Of a stretch of DNA of 64,000 nt, positions 8,912 to 19,500 are shown in pieces. Numbering within the stretch: position 1 is the first letter of the stretch; each line of letters starts with the position of its first letter. The notes under the pieces are model-generated. The model saw only the letters and a list, made by a program, of their open reading frames with translations. It searched no databases and was not told where the DNA came from. This stretch comes from an uncultured Porphyromonadaceae bacterium (lineage in GTDB: Bacteria; Bacteroidota; Bacteroidia; Bacteroidales; Muribaculaceae): positions 7,792 through 71,791 of the forward strand of contig CABPYL010000004.1 in NCBI GenBank assembly GCA_902461565.1, read 5' to 3'. The translations under genes were made by a program, and so were the position numbers.

Positions 8912-11131
8912 ATGAAAGATATAAGCGAAAACAGTGCAGTGCCGCTGTATATGAATCCGGAAGCTCCGTTAGAGGATAGGGTAGAGGACGCTCTGAGACG
9001 CCTTACACTCGAAGAAAAGGTCGCTCTATGCCATGCGCAGAGCAAGTTTTCATCTCCTGGAGTGGCGCGTCTGGGTATTCCGGAACTATGGATGAGCGAC
9101 GGCCCACATGGTGTGCGTGCCGAAATAAACTGGAACGACTGGGCTTATGCCGGCCATACCAACGACGCTATCACCGCCTTTCCCGCGTTGACGGCACTGG
9201 CTGCTACATGGAACCGGAGGCTCGCTGCAGAGTACGGCAAATGTTTGGGTGAGGAGGCTCTGTATCGGGAGAAGGATGTTATTCTCGGGCCAGGTCTGAA
9301 TATATACCGCACGCCCCTGAACGGCCGAAATTTCGAATACATGGGCGAAGACCCTTATCTGGCCGGGGAGATGGCAGTGCCATATATCAGGGCATTGCAG
9401 AAAAATGGCGTGGCTGCGTGCCTGAAACATTTCGCGCTCAACAATCAGGAAAAATGGCGCGGCAATGTGGAGGTGAAACTTTCCGACCGTGCGCTGTACG
9501 AAATATATCTGCCCGCATTCCGGAAGGCCGTGGAGGAAGGAGGCGCATGGGCCGTGATGGGCGCATACAACAGGATATGGGGCGAACATTGCTGCCATAA
9601 CGGGCGCCTGCTGAAAGATATTCTGCGCGGTGAGTGGAATTTCGATGGCGTTGTTATAACCGACTGGGGCGGCGCGCATGATACGCGCCAGGCTGCAATG
9701 AATGGCCTTGACCTTGAAATGGGTTCTTTCACAAACGGCCTTACCACAGAAGCGGAGTTCACATACAATGATTATTATCTCGCCGACCCGTATCTGAAAA
9801 TGATGCGGGATAGCGAAATCCCGGAAGCTACTGTCGATGAAAAGGCTCGCAACATACTGCGTCTGATTTTCCGCACGGCAATGAATACCCGCAAACCTTT
9901 CGGGGCTATAGCATCGCAGGAGCATTACGATGTAGCGCGTGAAATCGGCGACGAAGCAATTGTGTTGCTCAAAAATAACGGTATCCTGCCGTTGCGTCCA
10001 GGACGATATAAGCGTATTCTTGTTGTGGGTGAGAACGCCACAAAAAGGCTGAATGAGGGCGGCGGCTCGTCGGAGCTTAAGGCAAAAGACATGTTCTCGC
10101 CTCTGGACGCACTTAAAACAATCTATGGCGATACTGTATGTTATGCAGAGGGCTATCGTACCGGACCTTTTGAATATGACCACGAACATCTTGTGCCGCA
10201 GGCGGTCATGGACGAACTGCATCATCAGGCCGTGGAGATGGCGCGCGATGCCGATGTCGTGATTTACATAGGAGGTCTGAACAAAAACGCTTTTCAGGAT
10301 TGCGAGAGTACCGACCGCTATCAGTACAACCTGCCGTGGGGACAAGATAAACTTATCGAGGACCTTGCTGCGGCATGTTCCAATCTTATTGTGGCCAATA
10401 TCGCGGGCAACGCATATGCGATGCCTTGGCTTGATAGAGCCGCCGCGGTGTTACAGAGCTGGTACCTCGGCACAATGACTGGGCCTTCGATGGCCGACGT
10501 TATTTCCGGGGCCGTGAATCCGAGCGGCAAGCTGCCTTTCACGTTCCCTGAAAAAATCGCCGACAACTGCGCCGCATATTTCGGGGAGGCCGCTTACCCG
10601 GGTCTTGAGGGCGACACGGCCGGAAATGCCGTAGCCGATCTCAAGGGTGCGGATGTGAGTGCCGGAAACGACCCTGTTGTGGAGTATAGAGAAGATATTT
10701 TTGTGGGCTACCGCTGGCACGATACCAGGAATATCAGGCCGCTGTTTCCATTCGGATTCGGGCTGAGCTATACCACATTTGATTACGGCGCGCCGAAAAT
10801 ATCGGCACGCACCATGAGCCTGGATGGCACCATCACTATAACAGTGCCCGTTACAAACACCGGAACTGTGGTCGGGAAGGAGGTCGTACAACTGTATACC
10901 GCCGAACTTGTACCGCGTCTGCCACGGCCGGTAAAGGAGTTGAAAGGGTTCGAGAAAGTGGAGCTGCAACCCGGAGAGACAAAAGAGGTAAGATTCCCTG
11001 TGCGTGCTTCGGAAATCGGTTATTTCGACCCGGAAATCCACGCATGGCGTACCGATTGCGGCAAATACGAAGCGTATATCGCCGCCTCTTGTGCCGACAT
11101 CCGGGCCACAATGCCGTTTGAGGTTATTTGA
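8912..11131 (+). CDS. Glycoside hydrolase family 3 (beta-glucosidase-like) with Fn3-like C-terminal domain
   Basis: SDGPHGVR, GRNFEYMGEDP, KHFALNNQE, VITDWG nucleophile motif, PSGKLPFT, PFGFGLSYT, KELKGFEK. Confidence 0.95.
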   Translation: MKDISENSAVPLYMNPEAPLEDRVEDALRRLTLEEKVALCHAQSKFSSPGVARLGIPELWMSDGPHGVRAEINWNDWAYAGHTNDAITAFPALTALAATWNRRLAAEYGKCLGEEALYREKDVILGPGLNIYRTPLNGRNFEYMGEDPYLAGEMAVPYIRALQKNGVAACLKHFALNNQEKWRGNVEVKLSDRALYEIYLPAFRKAVEEGGAWAVMGAYNRIWGEHCCHNGRLLKDILRGEWNFDGVVITDWGGAHDTRQAAMNGLDLEMGSFTNGLTTEAEFTYNDYYLADPYLKMMRDSEIPEATVDEKARNILRLIFRTAMNTRKPFGAIASQEHYDVAREIGDEAIVLLKNNGILPLRPGRYKRILVVGENATKRLNEGGGSSELKAKDMFSPLDALKTIYGDTVCYAEGYRTGPFEYDHEHLVPQAVMDELHHQAVEMARDADVVIYIGGLNKNAFQDCESTDRYQYNLPWGQDKLIEDLAAACSNLIVANIAGNAYAMPWLDRAAAVLQSWYLGTMTGPSMADVISGAVNPSGKLPFTFPEKIADNCAAYFGEAAYPGLEGDTAGNAVADLKGADVSAGNDPVVEYREDIFVGYRWHDTRNIRPLFPFGFGLSYTTFDYGAPKISARTMSLDGTITITVPVTNTGTVVGKEVVQLYTAELVPRLPRPVKELKGFEKVELQPGETKEVRFPVRASEIGYFDPEIHAWRTDCGKYEAYIAASCADIRATMPFEVI

Positions 11132-11645
11132 GCCTGATGAAATAGTGCGTGCTCCAGAAAGGACTGGCGCTCCAGCCCTCGCTCGGTATCGCGGGCGCGT
11201 AGCACCCCGGGAACAATGTGATGACGCTATGCGTTAAGGCATCCATTACTAAATGAGCCTCACGGGTCGGGGACATGGTAGCACACGGCACAGTCCGCAC
11301 GGTATATGGGCCTCGCTTATCTTCGCGTATACCGGCACGCATGCTGTCTGTCAGCTCGTTGTCGGACAATATACCGGTAAGGCCCACGGGTTGTCGGAAT
11401 GTTGCATGCACCACCACTTTGCTATCCACGTTTTCTGTCTTTACAGCATTCCGAAGGATTGCCTCGACAACTTCGGCCACACTGCCGGCAAAGAATTTCG
11501 AACCGGGGCGCGCAAGCATGGCGTTTATTTCGGCAGCGGTGCGTCCGGAGGCCTCAATCTTAGCCTTTTCCGAGGTACACAGCTTGCTGAAGTGTCCTGA
11601 ACAATGAAAAATACAGTCGGCAGACAGCGTATAGTTTTTATTCAT
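11124..11645 (-). CDS. Hypothetical protein, last gene of the putative defence operon
   Basis: 173 aa; the start overlaps the upstream gene's stop by 8 nt; motif-like HCSGHF, GSKF, ITLFPG, FWSTH. Confidence 0.7.
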   Translation of the reverse strand: MNKNYTLSADCIFHCSGHFSKLCTSEKAKIEASGRTAAEINAMLARPGSKFFAGSVAEVVEAILRNAVKTENVDSKVVVHATFRQPVGLTGILSDNELTDSMRAGIREDKRGPYTVRTVPCATMSPTREAHLVMDALTHSVITLFPGCYAPAIPSEGWSASPFWSTHYFIRLK

Positions 11646-12897
11646 TGCGCTGAAATATTCTTCTGAAAATAAAGACCAAAAGAATTGCTCCCAAAAGCGA
11701 CATCGACAACCAGCGGCTCAAAAATTCGGTAATGGAAAAATATTTGTTCAGGAACTCCGAGAAATCGAAAAGCACAGAAAGAGCCGACACTATGGCAAGG
11801 GTTGTCAGCAGTGAGTTTGTCAGTCTTTCGGCCCGTTTCTCGCTCTGTTCCGAAGCCTCCTCAACAAGTTTTGCAAGATTTTCTCGTTCCTTGGAGAGTT
11901 CCATACCTTTGTCGATGGCGTCGAATATCATTTGCGGAAGAAAGTTGTAGCTTATCTGCGTAAACGAGTACCAATGTTTGTTGTTCACCGTTTTATGGAG
12001 CTGTTTCCTTAAATATATGTTGTTGTCGCTGGATCGGAAAGCACGGTTGATATCGAACAGAATTATTTTCTGATACAGACAGTTGAGGTAAATGAACCGG
12101 AAATAACCGTCGATGCGGATATCCCATTGGCATGTGTTGTCGCCAAGGATGGTGAATGTGTCTACCAGCGCAAGAGCACTCCAGTTGGAGAATGCCGCAA
12201 CGCGGTTTTCCTTGATTGTCTTTTCAAAGTATGACTTGTCGGGACGATCTTTGGCCTGTTCGCTGTTCGTCGACCTGTACTTTAGCAGGCTACCGTATTC
12301 AAAGAGGCGCTCGTCGGTGATATCATCCGACTGTATGTGCTGGAAAATTTTTGCCTTGTTGCCGCTGTAAACAAGGTCGCCGATAGTGTGATGCAGGGAG
12401 TATTTCAGAAATTCATTATATACAGGCATGAATTCGGAGCGGAAATTTCGGAGCGCCTGCTGGGTGTCGGCAACATTTTCTTTCGGTACCTTGTATTCGG
12501 CTTTAAGCGCCCATATGCATACGCCGTCGGGCATGAAGAACAGGTGCAGATGCGGTACTCGTACTTCAATTGTATTATTGCTTGTTTTATAATTGAAAGT
12601 AGCGTCGACAAATTTGCACAGATGCTTTTTCCCGCTGTACCCGCTGCACAGTTTTACCATATTGCCGGCCTCGTCGGTATGGTTCGCCATTGAATTGATG
12701 AAGGTGGAGTAATATATGCCTGTCAGGACGTTGTAGTCGTCGGTTACTTCCTGTCCTTTGGCTTTGGTCTCCTCGGCCTGTTCGTCCGTATAGGCGTGAA
12801 GCCACATTTCTTGCCATCCATCGCTATTAAGCGTGGCGACAAGACCGGTATCGACAGCCAAATGCCCGCAAAGATATGTATTTATTATGGCGCTCAT
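11638..12897 (-). CDS. CorA-like membrane protein (soluble N-domain, coiled stalk, two C-terminal TM helices)
   Basis: Charged helix ERENLAKLVEEASEQSEKRAERL followed by TM1 LLTTLAIVSALSVLF and TM2 WLSMSLLGAILLVFIF; no GMN motif; ATGA overlap with the upstream gene. Confidence 0.6.
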   Translation of the reverse strand: MSAIINTYLCGHLAVDTGLVATLNSDGWQEMWLHAYTDEQAEETKAKGQEVTDDYNVLTGIYYSTFINSMANHTDEAGNMVKLCSGYSGKKHLCKFVDATFNYKTSNNTIEVRVPHLHLFFMPDGVCIWALKAEYKVPKENVADTQQALRNFRSEFMPVYNEFLKYSLHHTIGDLVYSGNKAKIFQHIQSDDITDERLFEYGSLLKYRSTNSEQAKDRPDKSYFEKTIKENRVAAFSNWSALALVDTFTILGDNTCQWDIRIDGYFRFIYLNCLYQKIILFDINRAFRSSDNNIYLRKQLHKTVNNKHWYSFTQISYNFLPQMIFDAIDKGMELSKERENLAKLVEEASEQSEKRAERLTNSLLTTLAIVSALSVLFDFSEFLNKYFSITEFLSRWLSMSLLGAILLVFIFRRIFQRNE

Positions 12898-15800
12898 GTG
12901 TTTTTGATTATCTTGTTAAAAGAGGAGGCGTTTACTATATATTCGTCGTTCTTACCTGTGGGAGTGAGTACTGTTTCGGGGAGCACGATTTCCCTACCGA
13001 AAGCAAGGACAAGCGCGTTACTGCCAGCCTTGCAGCGTAGGGTTACTACAACGGGTTTGCCCTGAGGTTTCACGGGCGTGCCGTCTAATAGGGCTTTGCG
13101 CGACATCAGTGGAGTGAATCCATTGTTGTCCATGCCAATGAAATGAACATGGAATATGTCGCCGGTTTTGAAGAAACCGTCAGCGGCGTTTATCCCTGCA
13201 TGTGATATTTCGGAGTCAGGTACAAAACCGACAAAGCCATAGGCATCCGGCAATATAACCCATAGACCATCCGAGGCGATATTTACGACTTCTGCCTGAA
13301 TATCTCCATGCAGATAGCCGAAGTGTGGTACAAGTATATTGTGGCGCTTTGAAACATCCGCTTTTGCGACTTTTACTTTCAGCACTTTTCCCTTGGGAAA
13401 ATCGGACTCATCAATCTTGTAGCACTTAATCCAGGGTTTACCTGCAAATTTCGCAGCATGTTCCGGTTCAATATAATCGTGAACGCCGAGGTAGGATATA
13501 ACAACAAGATTGCCGCGTTTTCCTTCAACGGTGATGTCTGTTACATCGCCTTCTTTCAGATACATAGTATCCCACGGATTGTCGAGTACGGCCTTTCTGG
13601 AAAGCAAAGGTCTGTATCCGACGAAATCAGCGCCGTACATTAAAAATTCCATAGGCTCTCCTGTCGGCAGGATATCGGTGTACCACAATGAATGGCTTGA
13701 ACTGTCGGCGTTCATGAATGCCTCGAGGCCGTTGTCAAGAGCGACGGTGTAGCCCTCTGTCCTGTCAAAAGAAGTGATGACGCCACGAACTATATAGTTG
13801 CCTTCCTTTGCTTTACGGTATTCGTCCAAGAGGAGGCAATTCGCTGGAATCACATATACGGTGCGTTCGCTCTGTACGGGATAAGCCGGAATAATATCTA
13901 TTTCTTGACCTATGTGGTAAATGTTGTGGAGGTCGGAATACACCCCGACGACGTTTTCCTGTGCGGCTCTGCGTGGCATTATTCCGTAGGCTTCCTGATA
14001 TTCGCGGAAAGGGAATTTTATAATCAACCCGTGATCGGTGAATCCAGCCACAGAGCCTTTAACAGTGTTTTCGTAAAGGATATGCAGGGAGATCTTGTAG
14101 AAATTCCTTATCCATTCATCGGTTACGCTGAACAGGCAATTAATATTGCGTCCGTTATTCTTGAATTCATATTTTTTGCATACGGCATTTATTTCTGCGC
14201 CGACAGGAAAATGTTCTGGAGTAACAAATATATTTTCATACAGATACTTCGAGTTGGACAGACTGCCTATGATATCGCCACATTGCACTATCACATTGTC
14301 GCCTGCATGTCCGCGTATCGTTACGCTATATCTCTTTCCCTTCTCAAGGCGTGTATGAATCTTTTCGTAATTCACAGCGTTGGCTCGGAATTCCAGAATT
14401 CCTCTGTCGCGGTCGAATTCGTGTACACGTGCTTTGATTCTTTCCCCAACATATCGGGCGGGGCGGTTCGACTGTATGCGGAAACATCCGGTATAGTTGC
14501 TGAAAATAATGCCCCTGATACCGTTGTATTCTACAAGCAGATTATCGTATCTAAGATATTTCACGACAGTTACCTCAACTTCGCTGCCGGTTTGCAGGCT
14601 ATCGAATTCGGGGGCCTTGTATGGGTTTTCGTTCAGATTCCTGAGCGAGAAGAAGATTCCGGACTTGTCGGGTTTGGTTATTCTCCGTGCCATTATGATT
14701 TTGCCGGGTTGGGAAAGCCGGTTCAGTTCTTCGTCAAGGTCTATATCGTAGAAATGCGTCCACGCAAAATCTTCGGCATAGATATAGCCGTAGGTTTTGC
14801 CGCAGCCGGTATTGAATTCCACTAAAACGCCGTTGGAAACCCGAGCTAAAGGCCATACTTGTATCTCTGTACCTTCATAAAGTTCTGGAGCCATGTAGCG
14901 TACACCGCAGAAGCGCATATCTGCATTGCCGTCTGCGTCCACTTCTACATTTGCGGGGGTATTGTTGCGGTAGAAGTAATTCTGTATATAAGGAGGTGCT
15001 TCACATAGAGCGGTAACAGGTCCTTGTGGTGTCTCAACCACGAAGCGGTCGTTGAGGCATGAGCGGACCACTTTGCCCTCATAGCTACCCTGCGGAAGTT
15101 TGTACTCGGTTTCGGTAGTGCTGTCGTACAGAGGAATAACCTCTTTTTTTTCGCGGTTTTTGCTCTCGGGAGCGATGTCGTAGACGCATGTTATTATATC
15201 GCCAGGCGCAGGCCGGTGATATTTTGGCCAATGATAGTCAAATTTATTGTCTGCGATATTGATGTAGTATCCGTCATCGGTTCTGAGTACTATTCCAGTA
15301 TCGGAATTACCTATTATTTCCGCTTTGAATTCCTTTGAGTTCTCACCGTCGTGTTCGATACAAAATTGCGCGAAGCTATTGATAATCACATCGGGGTCGC
15401 TGAACCTGGCAGTGCTGCCGAATGCTTTGATTACTAGGCCGTTCATCGTGATGCTGTTTCCTGACAGGCCGTTCAGGAATTTCGGTACATATATCGAGTC
15501 TTTGAACAGACCGTATACTTTCCCGTTGTGTGTGAAGCGTATATATTTGTCGCCTGGAGAATGTTCGATTGTCAGTTTCGTGCCTACCGGAAGATTATAA
15601 GGATCTACGTTCTCGGGTATTTTTTCATCCAACTCGGTTGAGTACGGACATTCCTGTCCATACACAATATTTTTGATTTTCAGCCGTATTTCATCGCCGA
15701 AAAGTCCTGATGCAATCCACGATGCCGCATTGAGACTTCCGGGACAGAAAGTCTTTTGATTTATGTATTTGTCGAAATTTACATACAGAGTACATTCATC

Positions 15801-16550
15801 TTCGTCGAAATGATTGATGGTACCGTTGATAACGAGGCCTTTTTCAAGTACTCTGTTAGTGTTTTCTGTGATAATATGACGGTAGCTATAGAGCCTGCCT
15901 GTATGGTCTGCGAAGATACATTTGACATCGATGAACTTTCCGGTTTCATATTTTCCGTCAGGATTCATATCATTAGGATATATGTATCCGGCGTGGCCGT
16001 TACACTCAACAGTAATACGCGATGGCGCAACGTTGGTTACCACGGCTTTGTAAACCCCGCCTTTCTGCGGTCTTTCTTTATTTATTGACTGAACGTACAC
16101 AAACGTAAGAGTTTCGATCTCCGGTGCGATGCCGTTTTTCGTTTTGCATCCTTTCATTTCCACCGTCTCGCCTTTGAGTAGCCGATATCTGTCGGCAAAA
16201 TTCAGCCATTTGGCAGAGAATGCGAACCCGGGCCAGTCGGGGCTTTTGAGTACGAGAAATCCTTTTTTCGTATTTTCGTATTCCAGGATAAGATTAATCG
16301 GTTCTTCTGCGTTGATGTGTGCTTTTAGTTCTTCAGCTTTCTTGCTGCGGTCTTTCTCGGAACTTATAATTTGTATGAACTGCTGAAGGCCAGGCATGAC
16401 GTATGTGCCGATCTTGCCGTCGGCCACGTGGCCTTTAGGAATTGTCAGCAGATAGGGCAGTCCGGCTTCGGCAATCCAGAACTCATCATTTTCGTCGATT
16501 ATCTTGTAGTCGAGAGATTCGGTCATCTTCTTTTTATCCGTTTTGTTCAT
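12894..16550 (-). CDS. Large multi-S1 (OB-fold) domain protein
   Basis: About 10-13 recurring 70-90-aa units, e.g. GSEVEVTVVKYLRYDNLLVEYNGIRGII...GERIKARVHEFDRDRG; AEVVNIASDGLWVILPDAYGFVGFVPDSEISH...LMSRKAL; LLSRKAVLDNPW. Confidence 0.7.
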   Translation of the reverse strand: MNKTDKKKMTESLDYKIIDENDEFWIAEAGLPYLLTIPKGHVADGKIGTYVMPGLQQFIQIISSEKDRSKKAEELKAHINAEEPINLILEYENTKKGFLVLKSPDWPGFAFSAKWLNFADRYRLLKGETVEMKGCKTKNGIAPEIETLTFVYVQSINKERPQKGGVYKAVVTNVAPSRITVECNGHAGYIYPNDMNPDGKYETGKFIDVKCIFADHTGRLYSYRHIITENTNRVLEKGLVINGTINHFDEDECTLYVNFDKYINQKTFCPGSLNAASWIASGLFGDEIRLKIKNIVYGQECPYSTELDEKIPENVDPYNLPVGTKLTIEHSPGDKYIRFTHNGKVYGLFKDSIYVPKFLNGLSGNSITMNGLVIKAFGSTARFSDPDVIINSFAQFCIEHDGENSKEFKAEIIGNSDTGIVLRTDDGYYINIADNKFDYHWPKYHRPAPGDIITCVYDIAPESKNREKKEVIPLYDSTTETEYKLPQGSYEGKVVRSCLNDRFVVETPQGPVTALCEAPPYIQNYFYRNNTPANVEVDADGNADMRFCGVRYMAPELYEGTEIQVWPLARVSNGVLVEFNTGCGKTYGYIYAEDFAWTHFYDIDLDEELNRLSQPGKIIMARRITKPDKSGIFFSLRNLNENPYKAPEFDSLQTGSEVEVTVVKYLRYDNLLVEYNGIRGIIFSNYTGCFRIQSNRPARYVGERIKARVHEFDRDRGILEFRANAVNYEKIHTRLEKGKRYSVTIRGHAGDNVIVQCGDIIGSLSNSKYLYENIFVTPEHFPVGAEINAVCKKYEFKNNGRNINCLFSVTDEWIRNFYKISLHILYENTVKGSVAGFTDHGLIIKFPFREYQEAYGIMPRRAAQENVVGVYSDLHNIYHIGQEIDIIPAYPVQSERTVYVIPANCLLLDEYRKAKEGNYIVRGVITSFDRTEGYTVALDNGLEAFMNADSSSHSLWYTDILPTGEPMEFLMYGADFVGYRPLLSRKAVLDNPWDTMYLKEGDVTDITVEGKRGNLVVISYLGVHDYIEPEHAAKFAGKPWIKCYKIDESDFPKGKVLKVKVAKADVSKRHNILVPHFGYLHGDIQAEVVNIASDGLWVILPDAYGFVGFVPDSEISHAGINAADGFFKTGDIFHVHFIGMDNNGFTPLMSRKALLDGTPVKPQGKPVVVTLRCKAGSNALVLAFGREIVLPETVLTPTGKNDEYIVNASSFNKIIKNT

Positions 16551-19500
16551 CAGCTTTGTATTTTAACAATTGTGCACGCGTAACATCGTAAAGCATAAGC
16601 AGAGGCTCACTCATGCTGTCGCGGAAAAATTTCATGCGGGTTTCGTCGATTTCGGTATCGTCGTTCTGAATCATGGCCTCTATTACGGGGCGCACCATGT
16701 CGGGATGATACAGGCGGCCACTGTCGAACTGCACAACATTGAGTATGTTGCGGTATTCAAGCCACGAACCTTTCTCGATGAAAAGGAAGCCGCGGTCTCT
16801 ATCGATTTTCGGCGCTATGCCTGCCGGATTCCTCAGCTGCACATCTATTGTTTTCGCAAATGTATTTATGCTACCAAGCGGATGTATGGTGCACGGGAGT
16901 GATTTACGGCTGCGGTCGTTCACATATACGCGTATACCATTGAGATATTTGGCATTCACGGGAACGGGAATCTCGATTTTCCCGTCTTTGCGTCTGAGGT
17001 AGGGGATGGCTGTGCTGGTATATATTGTATTTCTTACTTTACATTCGTTCAGAACGGAACGCAACACATTGAAATCCACTACAGGCGTGGCTGTCCATTT
17101 TCCCAAGACGTCATCATTGGCACCTCTAAGCGATAATTCTATCAATATCCCACCACCATGATCTGTTGTTTCCGGCGCATGTTGCAGAATGCCATTGCTG
17201 CCGTCGCTGAATATCAGTTTTGGATACCTGTTGGCGATATCGCTGAATTTTTCGGCTGAGGCTTTATCGGTAAGAAGAAATAGCCGATATTTGCCGTTGC
17301 TGTCGTTTTCGCGGACAACGTACTTAATCGTAAGGTCTGCTTTGTCGACTGAGAACGACCCGCATGGTGGAATCTCCCGGCAACTCAGTTCGAAATCGGC
17401 ACATTCAAGCACGTTCCCGTAGATTTCTGCGTCATTCTTTACAAGGGCATGATAGTTGCAGCCTGCCGCTGATATCCATAATCCCGGACAGACGTGGCGC
17501 ACGTTTTTTTGAGAGAACAGCATCTTAGCGTCGCAGGAATCCCTATCTCGGAAGAAAAACAATGAGTGCCTCTGGGTAGATTTATTGGACCCTTCCACAT
17601 AGTTTTGCTGGAACAATGGCATATTATTGCCGTCTGCATCCGTCATCATTATTTTTTCTATACATAGGAGACTTTTATCGTTTATGGGCAATGGTTTGTC
17701 GAGGCGTATGCTTATGCGTGTGCCATTCTGTATCTTGGGATAGCGTATGCTACGTAAGGGAATATGCAGTTTGTCTTTGATACGAAAAACCGTCAGGGGC
17801 GAAGCAAGAGCCTCGCGCACTTCTTTTTTGTTAAGCTGGTTCATCGCGCCCGCATTCGTGAAACGGAGCATCAGAGTGTTGCTTTCGCACACGCACATCG
17901 AATATTCCAGCCAGCCTTTTCTTTGTAGTTCAGAGTTGACCCAGTCCAGCCTGCCACATAGATTTCCTACGGGTATGCCCCGAAAACCGAATACCATTTC
18001 AAAATAGTCTCCGCTGAATGCTTCGCATTTTTCAACTGTTCCTTCAAGCGTAGATGCTGTGCCGATACTCAAAACGGCTTTCGTTCCTACGTATGCGTTT
18101 GGCTTTGCCAACGTGGCGCAAACTATGCTCAGTGTGTTTTTGCCGTCGATACTTAATATCTTCGCGTTGCATTTCCGAATATCCGGCTGTGCTTTTGCTG
18201 CGGCTATATCGAAATACAGATTGTCGTTGACGACAGTGGCGTATACATCGTCTACTGTTCGCTTAAGGTTGCGGGAAAAGTTGTTCTCGTCGGCACTTTT
18301 CAACGCTATTTTTAAAAGCGAAGATTCATAGAGCCTGTCAGCTATAGCGATTGGTATAAGTCGGATAGGTAACTGCGCGCATATCTCGCGCAGTACACTT
18401 TCGGAATATATTATTTGAATGAAAGAATCTTCGTGTAGGAGTGCGGCCGCGAATTCCTCGTTGTGGTGCCCTGCAAGATACTTGATTACATAGATAAGCA
18501 GACTGATATCCGCCTCGTATTTCTCGGTGCGGTGAGCGAAGAAAACGAGAGCGTCGCTCTTGTTGTCTGCTGCAGCAATGGCGCCCAATAGACGGTCGTA
18601 GTCGCCGTGTTTCATGGCCGGCGCCGCGCGGCGCACGTATATGGCCGGTACGGCCTTTATCAAGTTGATGTTTGTTGTAAGCAATGCGGTGAGGTAATAG
18701 TCTGCGTAGATTTCTGCTGGAACCGATTGGCTTTTGTCTTCAAATTCTGCTATGCGGCGTGCGATGTCGCGGTGTAGAAGTTCGAGTTGCAGCGTGTTCA
18801 TTCCGTACAGCAGTTTGCGGTGTAAGTCGCGCAATACGGCGCCTATCTTATGGTCTTTGTATCGGTAGTTAGGCAAAATTTTCGATAGAATTCGGTAGAC
18901 CAGACGGGCGTCGGACGCCCTGGCCGCGATTATACTTGCCCAGTCTTGCGCTAAACCGAGTTCGAGCATTTTATCGATCCACCGGTCGCCGGTCATAAAT
19001 CGGATTACACGCTCGGTACATAGCGAGGCACCTGCCTGAGTGATTATGTCGTACACTTTTGGCGCAGCATCTTTTTTCTGCTGTAACAGTATCTTAAGTG
19101 TATTCACCACCCAATTGCTGCATAACGTCTTGGCATCCGGCCGTTCGGCCGATGGCATGTCGGCGGCGTCCAGTGTCCGCACAAGGTCGCATATCCATGC
19201 CAAAGCATAATTGGCTTTGCCGATGAACATTTCTGGCTTCAGTTCAACCGGTATGCGCTCGCCGCAGCGGTCGGCGTATAGCTTCTCGGCAAGACTGCAG
19301 GCACTGTCGGTTTCCATTAGTTCAAGCATCAGTCGGAATGTCTCGTTGTTGTTATTGTCGTTTATCGACGGCAACTCGGTAATCCTACGCCCGCGGAGAT
19401 CCTGACGTTTGAGAGATGCAGAGAACGATGCTGCGTAAATACGGGCCAGAAAATACTCGCGGAAAGTATCTAATTTGAACTGTATATCCGTGTCGTTTGT

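Noticed and set aside
11638..12897. Type III CRISPR locus implied by the CorA-like gene
   Set aside because: No cas genes or repeat-spacer array anywhere in the window
12894..16550. Annotation as ribosomal protein S1 (rpsA)
   Set aside because: About twice the expected length, highly degenerate repeats, and an accessory-operon context
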